From: an uncultured Clostridia bacterium
GTDB lineage: Bacteria > Bacillota > Clostridia > TANB77 > CAG-508
Assembly (NCBI GenBank): GCA_934129745.1
Contig: CAKOWZ010000004.1
Location: forward strand, 10,334 to 74,333
Length of the DNA: 64,000 nt
Reading direction: 5' to 3'
Under the pieces are notes generated by a model that saw nothing but the letters and a program-made list of their open reading frames with translations, did no database searches and had not been told where the DNA came from. Of the stretch, positions 51,593-59,882 are shown piece by piece. The position numbers and the translations under genes are program-made. Numbering within the stretch: the stretch's first letter is position 1; every line of letters begins with the position of its first letter.

Positions 51593-53161
51593 GTGGATTT
51601 GTTTGATATAAATAAAATAATTAATAGATTAAAAAATCAAATTAAAGACGGAGTATTGGAACAGAAGAGAAAAGCTAAAGGTAACAATGTAAAATCGTAT
51701 AAACTGGAACCTAAAAAAATTAGTGTTACAAAATTAAAAAAAATAGCAGAATTAAATAAAAAGAAATATTCAAAATTTGATTTTAAAGTAATGCAAAACT
51801 TTATATATGAATTTGAAATTACATGTGGTAAATTTTTAAGCCAAGCAGAATTAGCGCAGAGATTAATGGAAAACTTTAATGGTTGTATATTTGGTTTGGA
51901 AAGTGATAATTATGTAGCTGCATATCTTTGTGGAGAGGGTAAAAAAAATCATAATGTTGAAATAGCTAGAGATAAATTTATAGAATGCGATTCTAATACA
52001 AGGAAATCTATATTATTTCATGAATTGATGCATGCAGTTACATATAATTTGAAGTATAATTGTGTTGGCTTTGAAAAATTATTAAATAAGGACGAGAAAA
52101 AGAAGACAGCATTTGTTGGTAAAGGAATTAATGAAGCAGTTGTTGAATATGTAACTAATAAAAGAAATAAACTATTTCCATTACCACCAGATGCAGGTGT
52201 TAAGGTTGGTTTCTACGACTATGCACCAGAGCTAATTGAGGTTTTAGATAAATTTTTAAGTGAAGGGACTTTAATAAATACAATAATAAATGTACCACAA
52301 AATTTAAATGATGTTTTAGGAAACAAATCTACAGCTATTGTAAAAGGCTTAGATTACTTATTTTTAAATAATATGGATTGTAAGTATGATTGTAAATCAT
52401 CACAAAATTATTTAGATACGCAAAATTCCAGAAAAGTATATAGTTATGTTTTAAAAAATATAATTGAAATAAAGTGTAAGGATGAATTAGATTATAAGAA
52501 AAAAGTTTTGGTTACATTAGATACTCTTAAAAAATTATCAAAAGGCAAATTAAAAATTTGCAGTAATTATCCTATTTACGATTATTTATATACTAATATA
52601 GTAAGAGCTATAAAATCTGGTGTTCAATTTAAAGATATAGAATCTAACATTGATGAAGAACAAAAAAATATGATACATAAAAGTATAATAGTTCACAAAC
52701 TTAAACATTGCAAGAGTGATGAGTTAGTGAGGTTACTTAATGATAAAAAATATTTAAGATCGATAAAAAAAGTTTTCAAAGATGAAAATTTTGAAGTAAT
52801 TGATATGAATGCTTCATTCTATAATATGAATTTTAAACATACATTTATGGATGATATATGTCAAATAGCTGGACTGAATGAAAATATAAATATTGAATTT
52901 TTACAATCAAATATAGCAAAAAAATTGGTCAAGAGAGGTATTGATTTGAGAAAAATAGAATTTGAAGAGTGTTATTCAAAAAGTTTACCTAATGGAACAT
53001 TTGGAACAAATATATTTGCTTTAAAAGAAGGGAAAAAAGAATATATTGGTACAGCTGTTAGTAAATGTAATAAAAAAGCAGATTATAAATTAGTACAATA
53101 TGATGATTATGATGAGAAAAGAGAAACAAAAGTACAATGGATAACAATAGGTAGTGAATAA
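51593..53161 (+). CDS. hypothetical protein with an HExxH zinc-metallopeptidase-like motif
   Basis: Long ORF. The GTG at 51593 is 7 nt after aggagg. ILFHELMHAVTYN is the only recognisable motif. Confidence 0.6.
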   Translation: MDLFDINKIINRLKNQIKDGVLEQKRKAKGNNVKSYKLEPKKISVTKLKKIAELNKKKYSKFDFKVMQNFIYEFEITCGKFLSQAELAQRLMENFNGCIFGLESDNYVAAYLCGEGKKNHNVEIARDKFIECDSNTRKSILFHELMHAVTYNLKYNCVGFEKLLNKDEKKKTAFVGKGINEAVVEYVTNKRNKLFPLPPDAGVKVGFYDYAPELIEVLDKFLSEGTLINTIINVPQNLNDVLGNKSTAIVKGLDYLFLNNMDCKYDCKSSQNYLDTQNSRKVYSYVLKNIIEIKCKDELDYKKKVLVTLDTLKKLSKGKLKICSNYPIYDYLYTNIVRAIKSGVQFKDIESNIDEEQKNMIHKSIIVHKLKHCKSDELVRLLNDKKYLRSIKKVFKDENFEVIDMNASFYNMNFKHTFMDDICQIAGLNENINIEFLQSNIAKKLVKRGIDLRKIEFEECYSKSLPNGTFGTNIFALKEGKKEYIGTAVSKCNKKADYKLVQYDDYDEKRETKVQWITIGSE

Positions 53162-53268
53162 GATTTTATATAAATATATTACAATTTTGTAAAAGAAAAA
53201 TTGTTTGGAATTAAAAAATAGATATTTGACATGGTGAAATCAAATATCAATATAGACCTTTTTAATTT

Positions 53269-53463
53269 TTCGTAAAGTATCTAACTTTATGATAAAAGAG
53301 CAAAACCTAGATTAGTTGATATATCAGCTAATCTAGGCTTTAATTTTTTTTAGTTTCTCTTAAAAATTTTTTTGATATTTAATTTCAAAAAGTATTGAAA
53401 AATTTACTATATTACGATATAATTTAATTAGTATTAAATTCATAAAGTTAGATACTTTACGAA
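53269..53463 (+). promoter_or_regulatory. IR-flanked promoter cassette 2 (candidate invertible promoter), currently facing the 53487 gene
   Basis: Arms ttcgtaaagtatctaactttatga (53269-53292) and tcataaagttagatactttacgaa (53440-53463) are 24/24 complementary. The core has an internal 10-bp hairpin (cctagattag / ctaatctagg) and a promoter: TTGAAA (53395-53400), 17 bp, TATAAT (53418-53423). Confidence 0.6.
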
Positions 53464-53486
53464 TGAAAGATTGAAGGAGTACCAGT

Positions 53487-53732
53487 ATGGAAGGTAGTGA
53501 AATTGGAAAATACTTTGAAGAACACGGCGATGAAATAAATGAAATGCTTAAAAGAAAAGAACAAGAAAACAATCAAAGAATAGAAGAAGAAAAAAGCAAT
53601 ATGGTTATAGGAAGTTATTTCCATGAACATGGAGAAGAAGTTAGAAAAATATTAATAAGAAAATCTTTCAGCGATAAAGTAAAAGCAGAAGAAAAAGCAA
53701 AGGAAGAATTAAAAGTAATGGAGGAAAAATAA
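53487..53732 (+). CDS. small protein with two copies of the (S/G)xYFxEHGEE...RK motif
   Basis: 81 aa. MEGSEIGKYFEEHGDEINEMLKRK and MVIGSYFHEHGEEVRKILIRKSF are both homologous to the N-terminus of the 45662 protein. Confidence 0.55.
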   Translation: MEGSEIGKYFEEHGDEINEMLKRKEQENNQRIEEEKSNMVIGSYFHEHGEEVRKILIRKSFSDKVKAEEKAKEELKVMEEK

Positions 53733-53939
53733 ATGGAGTGGTATGAAATAATGATGCTTATTTTAATTGGTTTAATTTTTATAGGAGGTGCGGGATTTGG
53801 TACATGGTATGTCTTAAGACAAAATAAATCAATAATGGATAGAGCAAGAAAAATCGATCCTACAGTAAAAACATTAGCTGATGCTCAATATGTATTACGA
53901 AAAGACATATTACAAAATGTTGGGAAAAATAAAGAATAA
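53733..53939 (+). CDS. small single-pass membrane protein
   Basis: 68 aa. The start abuts the previous stop (taa atg). It has one TM helix. Confidence 0.5.
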   Translation: MEWYEIMMLILIGLIFIGGAGFGTWYVLRQNKSIMDRARKIDPTVKTLADAQYVLRKDILQNVGKNKE

Positions 53940-54099
53940 TTACTTTATTATATAATAAAAAAGTGTAATTGATTAGTTCGTTGAGGAATAAAGAATATTG
54001 GTTGAAAATCATTCTACCTTTTTGTATAATAAATTTATAAACTAAATAGTAATTTATAGATAAAAATATAGTTCAGTTTAGTAAAAAAACTCAATATAT

Positions 54100-54128
54100 T
54101 TGCAATTAATATAAAACTGTGGTATGAT
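54100..54128 (+). promoter_or_regulatory. strong promoter of the GC-rich 54234 gene
   Basis: TTGCAA (54100-54105), 17 bp, then extended -10 TGgTATGAT (54120-54128). Confidence 0.5.
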
Positions 54129-54233
54129 ATAAGCATCATATATGTATAACGCTACTTATACAGAAAATAAATTATAAAAATTTTCTGGAGGGGTAGCGTA
54201 ACCTCCAGAGCGTATTACTTAGGAGGTAATAAT

Positions 54234-54947
54234 ATGATCGGATTCGGTAAATTTTCAAAAAAGGCAGATACTAAAATAATTACATCCCTCACCGACAATC
54301 GTTTGGTGAAAATCGACCCACAGGAGCCTGGTTTCTTTGATGAAGTTCTTCTTAACTTCAAGTCAACAAATAAAAGTATCAATGATTTTATTGAAGCAGT
54401 TGCTGAGGTTAAGGAGGCGAGAATTGAAGCTTTCTACAAACCAATTTATGATCCTTCTGATGCTGGTGACCACCGGGTTACTTATATGAAGGGAATGAGA
54501 CCTGCGACAGGTCATAGTTACAATTGGTGGGTTAAAACAGCCTCTAATATGCCTGCAGTTGAAGGTCGGCACTGGTGTGTGGCTACAGAATATAAGTATT
54601 ATGCCTTTTTAGTATGGCTGATTAATCAACTGATCAAAGCTGAAACTTTAGAGGAAACCTTGAATCAAATAATAATCGACTCGATAGAGTTAGGGCATTA
54701 TGATAATTCTAAAGGCTCAACTAATGGGAAGTATTTAGAACCAACGGGATCAAGATGTATTTGCGGGATTTATGATCTTGGTAATGTATTTAAAATTCTG
54801 GCATGCTCGAATCAGGAAGCCGGAGGCTTATGGCTTGGTGGTGGCGTTTACTTTCGTGATGGCCACAACCTTCCGCTTGCCAACCTCTACCATCTCACTA
54901 ATGTAGATGGTGACGACAATTTTAGTGTGGGTATGCTTGTGCTTTAA
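54234..54947 (+). CDS. hypothetical protein in a clearly GC-richer (foreign) segment
   Basis: 237-aa ORF with a perfect RBS (aggagg). Some 60-nt stretches are about 50% G+C by eye, and it uses in-frame CGG twice (cac cgg gtt; ggt cgg cac). No family recognised. Confidence 0.65.
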   Translation: MIGFGKFSKKADTKIITSLTDNRLVKIDPQEPGFFDEVLLNFKSTNKSINDFIEAVAEVKEARIEAFYKPIYDPSDAGDHRVTYMKGMRPATGHSYNWWVKTASNMPAVEGRHWCVATEYKYYAFLVWLINQLIKAETLEETLNQIIIDSIELGHYDNSKGSTNGKYLEPTGSRCICGIYDLGNVFKILACSNQEAGGLWLGGGVYFRDGHNLPLANLYHLTNVDGDDNFSVGMLVL

Positions 54948-55019
54948 GTAGCACTGCTCACTGAAAAGAATCCAAACGAGTAGGGGACTTGCTTTGCAGG
55001 TCCTGTATTCATGTATGTA

Positions 55020-55545
55020 GAAAGGCAAAAATATGAAGTATTTAGTAATATCAGATATATATTATGCTAAAAAATAGAAGAAATTATTGGTAGAGAAAAT
55101 CCGAACAAGATAATTTTATTGGAGGATTTGTATTATAATAACAATTTTAGAAATATTGATTCTGAGAATAATAAACCTAAAGAAGTTGCTAAAATTTTAA
55201 ATAAATATAAGGATATTATTTTATGTACAAAGGGAAATTGTGATAGAAAAGTTGATGAAGATATTTCAGAATTTAATATAGAGGAATATATTGTGTTAAA
55301 AATCAATAATAAAGATGTTTTTTGCAGTCATGGACATATATATAATTCAGATAATGTTCCACCAATAGGGGATATTGTTTTATATGGTCATTTCTATACA
55401 GGATTTATTAAGGAAGAATATGGAATTGTATTTGCAAGTCCTGGATCAATTGCTTTTCCAAGAGGTGGAAGTAGGAACAGCTATTTGATAATTGATAATG
55501 AAACTTTAATTTTGAAAGATGTTGAGGGGAATATTATTGATGAGT
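55020..55545 (+). repeat. direct repeat DR2-b (degraded phosphoesterase gene copy)
   Basis: Partner of 50642-51180, with a 13-bp deletion near the start and scattered substitutions. Confidence 0.9.
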
Positions 55546-55595
55546 TTTTGCAAATACGCTTAAATAATGTGTATAGAAAAATAAAAAAAGTATAG
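55033..55595 (+). pseudogene. YfcE-type phosphoesterase pseudogene (second copy)
   Basis: The DIHGD region has been deleted (atatcagatatatatt versus atatcagacatacatggtgatatatatt), giving an early stop. There is a GHFH to GHFY change and a different C-terminus. Confidence 0.8.
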
Positions 55596-55650
55596 TAAAA
55601 GAAAGTTTTTTATGGTAAAATAAATAAAAAGCATAGGAGATGATTTTTAT

Positions 55651-55827
55651 ATGAGTGATAAACAATTAATTTTAAATACAGTTGCACAAATTGATGATGC
55701 TACAAGTTATGAAGAAATATTATATGCTCTATATCTGCAATATGAAGTTACAAAAGGAATTAAAGATATGGAAAATGGTAATGTAAAAACTAGTGAAGAA
55801 GTAAAGGAGATTATTAAAAAATGGTAG
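55651..55827 (+). CDS. putative type II antitoxin-like small protein
   Basis: 58 aa. The C-terminal pattern (KGIKDMENGNVKTSEEVKEIIKKW) resembles the addiction-module antitoxins paired with RelE/ParE toxins. The stop overlaps the next ATG. The assignment is from memory. Confidence 0.4.
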   Translation: MSDKQLILNTVAQIDDATSYEEILYALYLQYEVTKGIKDMENGNVKTSEEVKEIIKKW

Positions 55828-55904
55828 TTTGGTCAGATACATCAATAATGCATATAACAGGCAGATGGAACACCATACAATTGAAGAGCAGTTATAAGCA
55901 ATGA
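55821..55904 (+). pseudogene. possible truncated RelE/ParE-like toxin remnant
   Basis: The ATG overlaps the antitoxin stop (atggtag), and MVVWSDTS resembles toxin N-termini. The ORF ends after 27 codons. Confidence 0.25.
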
Positions 55905-56022
55905 AAGAAAAATACGAATTTTCTAATTTATTATTAATTGTTAGTGAATGTCTAGAATAATATAGTATCAAAATCACACCTCCAATCATATTATACAAAA
56001 AATATGATTGGAGGTTTACTAT

Positions 56023-56890
56023 ATGGATTATGAAATAATGATGAACGGAAATGTAAAAATAGGACAAAAGGCTCCAAATTTTGAAGCAAGAACTACAATG
56101 GGAAATGTACAATTATCAGATTATCAGGGAAAATGGGTTGTCTTTTTCTCACATCCAGGTGACTTTACCCCAGTATGTACAACTGAAATAATAGCATTTT
56201 CAAAATCAAACAAATATTTTGAACAACTAAACACGCAGCTATTACGGAATAAGTATAGACTCAATACCATCTCATCTAGAATGGGTATATAACATATATT
56301 GTATGACAGGAATAAAAGTACCATTTCCTATAATAGCAGACAGAAGCGGTGAAATTGCAAGAAAATATGGAATGATTGCAACAGATATAAGTAATACAGA
56401 AACAGTAAGAAATGTATTTATAATAGATGATAAAGGAATTGTCAGAACAATTTTAGTATATCCAATGAATGTTGGAAGATGGATTCCTGAAATATTGCGT
56501 ATTGTTCAAGCTTTACAAGTAGCAGACAATAATAAAGCTTCAACACCAGCAAATTGGATTCCATGTAACCCAGTTATAATGCCAATTCCAACTACTTTTG
56601 ACAGATTAATGGAAAGAAGAAAACAAATTCAAGAAGGAATTGTTGGTGGAATGAATTGGTATTTAGGGTTTAAAAATCCTGATAAATGTTCGAAAATTTA
56701 TGATAAAGTTGAAAATTCAAACAATATTAATCATATAGGAATCAGTGAAAACAATAGTGAAAGTAGTTGTGGTTGCGGAAACAATAGAGAAAATAATAGA
56801 GGAAATAATAGAGAAAATAGTATTGGAACTTCAGCAAATAACAGTGGAAAAAGTACTGAAAACCAAAAAAACAATAAACCAACCACCTGA
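56023..56890 (+). pseudogene. peroxiredoxin (1-Cys/Prx6-like) with an N/S/R-rich Cys-containing tail, interrupted by a +1 frame break at in-frame CGG 56245-56247
   Basis: FFSHPGDFTPVCTTE active site. Skipping C56245 restores ...LNTQLL-GISIDSIPSHLEWVYNI...FPIIADRSGEIARKYGMI. ATG 56023 follows ggagg. Confidence 0.85.
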
Positions 56891-57029
56891 ATTAATTTAA
56901 ATGTTAAAATAGAAAAAAATAAAGTTTTATGATACAATATAAATGTGATATAATATAAAAGTAACAAAAATATAAATATTACAAAATATAAATGAAATAT
57001 TATATAAAACAAGAAAGGCAGATGTAAAA

Positions 57030-57803
57030 ATGAACATAAAACAATCGAAAAAAAATAAAGAAGTAACACAATCATCAAATAATAAAAAAACAAATTTAAA
57101 ATATAAAATAATTAAAATATTAATAGCAATTTTCACAATAGCTATTATTGCAGTAATATTAGTAAATGTGATACCAATTTTAAAACAAATAACAACACAT
57201 GAAGGAAAAATAGCATTTAAAGAAAAAATACAAAATTTAGGAATACAAGGAATATTAATAATATTTGCTCTTGAAGTTGCACAAATTTTCTTATTTATTT
57301 TACCAGGTGAACCAATAGAAATTGTAGCAGGAATGTGTTATGGAGGTTTTTGGGGAACAGTATTATTACTAGTTTCATCAACAATAATTTCAGCTATAAT
57401 ATTTTTCTTAGTTAGAATTTTAGGAAGAAGATTTGTGTATGAATTTAGTGATGAAGAAAAGGTTAAGAAAATAGAAAATAGTAAATTATTTAAAAACTCT
57501 AAAAAAATTGAATTAATAATGTTTATTTTATTCTTGATACCAGGAAGTCCAAAAGATTTGTTAGTTTATATTGCAGGATTATTACCAATAAAACCTTCTA
57601 GATTTATTGTAATTACTACAATTGCAAGGATTCCATCTATAGTTTCTTCAACATATGCTGGTGAAAAAATCTTAAATGGTGATTATAAAGTGGCTTTTAT
57701 TTCATATGGAATAATAATTGCAATTGCAATTATAGCAGTGTTTATTATAAATTTATTTGATAAAGATAAAACAGCTGAAAAAGCTTTTAGAGAAATAAAA
57801 TAA
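57030..57803 (+). CDS. TVP38/TMEM64 (DedA-related) family membrane protein
   Basis: Characteristic LPGEPIEIVAGMCYG, LIPGSPKDLLVYIAG and ARIPS motifs. Confidence 0.8.
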   Translation: MNIKQSKKNKEVTQSSNNKKTNLKYKIIKILIAIFTIAIIAVILVNVIPILKQITTHEGKIAFKEKIQNLGIQGILIIFALEVAQIFLFILPGEPIEIVAGMCYGGFWGTVLLLVSSTIISAIIFFLVRILGRRFVYEFSDEEKVKKIENSKLFKNSKKIELIMFILFLIPGSPKDLLVYIAGLLPIKPSRFIVITTIARIPSIVSSTYAGEKILNGDYKVAFISYGIIIAIAIIAVFIINLFDKDKTAEKAFREIK

Positions 57804-57875
57804 GAAATCACTTGAAATTTTTTAAATATATGTTATAATTATTCACATAATAAGTATAAATAAGAAGGTATTGTT

Positions 57876-58574
57876 ATGTGCAGTGAAGATCAAATAAAAA
57901 TTTTAGTGGTTGAAGATGATTCTTGTATAATTGAAAGTTTGAAATACATATTAAGAAAAGAAGAATATAATGTAATTACAGCTAATAATAAAAATGATGC
58001 AATTACATTAATAAATGATAATGAGTTTGATTTATTTTTACTTGATGTTCAATTACCAGATGGAACTGGATTTGATATTTGTAAATATATAAGAACAAAA
58101 AATGATAAACCAATTCTATTTTTATCAGGAAGAAATGAAGAATCAAATATTGTATATGGATTAGATTTAGGTGCAGATGATTATATTACAAAACCATTTG
58201 GAAATAGTGAGTTAATATCAAGAATCAGGTGTATTTTGAGAAGATGTGAAATTCAAAAAAGATCTTCTAAAATAATTTCATATAAGAATATAAAAATTGA
58301 TACAGATAAGATGAAAGTATATAAAGATTTGGAAATTGTTGAATTAACAAAATTAGAATATAAAATTTTAATGATATTCATACAAAATATAAATAAAATA
58401 ATAACAAGAGAAGAAATTTTATTAAAAATATGGGATATAAATGAAAATTATGTAAATGATAATACTGTTTCAGTTTATATAAAAAGATTAAGAATTAAAT
58501 TATTTAACTCTGAAGAAGAAGGAAAACAAATACTTCAATCTGTAAGAGGTGTTGGTTATATATTAATTAAATAA
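57876..58574 (+). CDS. OmpR-family response regulator (no cognate kinase adjacent)
   Basis: Receiver domain (VVEDD, LLDVQLPDGTG, KP) plus a winged-helix output (LTKLEYKIL...VRGVGY). Confidence 0.88.
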   Translation: MCSEDQIKILVVEDDSCIIESLKYILRKEEYNVITANNKNDAITLINDNEFDLFLLDVQLPDGTGFDICKYIRTKNDKPILFLSGRNEESNIVYGLDLGADDYITKPFGNSELISRIRCILRRCEIQKRSSKIISYKNIKIDTDKMKVYKDLEIVELTKLEYKILMIFIQNINKIITREEILLKIWDINENYVNDNTVSVYIKRLRIKLFNSEEEGKQILQSVRGVGYILIK

Positions 58575-58583
58575 ATTATAAAA

Positions 58584-58617
58584 ATGACTAAAATTTTACT
58601 TTTTTAGTCATTTTTTT
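58584..58617 (+). terminator. Rho-independent terminator
   Basis: atgactaaaa / ttttagtcat stem followed by T7. Confidence 0.7.
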
Positions 58618-58677
58618 GTCACTTTTGTAAATTATAATAATACTCACACAGTTTTGCAAAGAAGGGGAGGAAATTGT

Positions 58678-59367
58678 TTGAAAAATTTTAAAACTAATAA
58701 TACAATTATAAGGAGATTTAGACTATCAGATGTAAGTCAAGTTCAAGAAAATTTTAAAAACAAAACTAATTTTAGTGATTTACTAAAAACTTTTGAATAC
58801 TTAGATAAAAGCAAGGGATTTGAAGTTTGTAAAATGATAGTGAAATCTTGTATAAGAGAGTTTGATTCAAAAGAGCCTATTTGGGCAGTAATAAACAGAA
58901 AAAACAAAAAATTAATTGGATATATAAGAATTAATAATTATTCAAGCAAAAACAAAAGATGTAACATAGTATGTGCCATGTCAGAAGAACATTGGAATAG
59001 TCAATGTATGAAAGAAGCTGTTTATGTAATCTTAGGGTATTGTTTTAATAAAATGAAAATAAGGCTTGTTGAATGTTCACATTATTGTAGAAATGAAAAA
59101 ATGGATAACATATTATTAGATATTGGTATGACAGAAGAAGCTATTCTAAGAAACAGAAGATATGAACCTCAAACTAATACATATTCTGATTTTATAATTT
59201 TCTCAATTACTCAGTCAGAATTTTATGAAAAAAACAATTTTGGTAAATTAGTAAACAAAGTTATTAATTTTAAGAAATATGCTAGCAAAACAGATGAAGA
59301 TGAAAATGAAGATACAAATAAAAAGATAATCAAATTTCAAAATAATATCAAATCAAATTGTGCATGA
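58678..59367 (+). CDS. GNAT-family N-acetyltransferase (RimJ/RimL-like) with a K/N/D-rich tail
   Basis: IIRRFRLSDV...IGYIRINNY...MKEAVYVILGYCFN pattern. TTG 58678 follows aggggagg. Confidence 0.65.
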   Translation: MKNFKTNNTIIRRFRLSDVSQVQENFKNKTNFSDLLKTFEYLDKSKGFEVCKMIVKSCIREFDSKEPIWAVINRKNKKLIGYIRINNYSSKNKRCNIVCAMSEEHWNSQCMKEAVYVILGYCFNKMKIRLVECSHYCRNEKMDNILLDIGMTEEAILRNRRYEPQTNTYSDFIIFSITQSEFYEKNNFGKLVNKVINFKKYASKTDEDENEDTNKKIIKFQNNIKSNCA

Positions 59368-59511
59368 AATTCATAATATGTATAAAAAAATATTAAATAA
59401 TGCATAATAAAATAGGACTTAAATTAAGAAATTGATAATTTTAAATAGAAAAATTTGAAAGTCGCTTAATAAAATAGTCCTATTTTTATAGAAAGGATTT
59501 GGTGATTGACA

Positions 59512-59676
59512 ATGGAAAGAAATCAAAAAATAAATTGTACTGTAGAAAGCTGCAAATATAATGAAATTGGGAAAGGTGTTTGTAGTCTAGAGCAAATTAA
59601 AGTTGCACCTATAAAGAATTGCAACACTAAAAAAGCTGATGAATCTATGTGCAGTAGCTATATATTTGAAGAATAA
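59512..59676 (+). CDS. DUF1540 family Cys-rich small protein
   Basis: 54 aa, not in the ORF track. CTVESCKYN...C...I.V...C.T...D.S.C fits the DUF1540 pattern. RBS-like gaaaggatttggtg upstream. Confidence 0.6.
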   Translation: MERNQKINCTVESCKYNEIGKGVCSLEQIKVAPIKNCNTKKADESMCSSYIFEE

Positions 59677-59680
59677 TGTG

Positions 59681-59737
59681 CAATTGGGGACGCGTCCCTG
59701 TTGCATGCATCGTGCAATTAGGACGTGTCCCCAATTG
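59681..59737. repeat. palindromic repeat element, two-unit copy
   Basis: caattggggacgcgtccc ... ggacgtgtccccaattg with gtg/cac flanks, 2-5 nt after the DUF1540 stop. Confidence 0.85.
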
Positions 59738-59882
59738 CACAGACAAAAAACGTTGATAAATTAAATGCAAATTATTGATTTTTTGTAAAAAATAATATAT
59801 AATAATAAACATAAAAGTTCTTACACCAGCTATGTATAGATGGTAAAAGTCTTTTAAATAATTATTTAAGGAGGTCATTATT

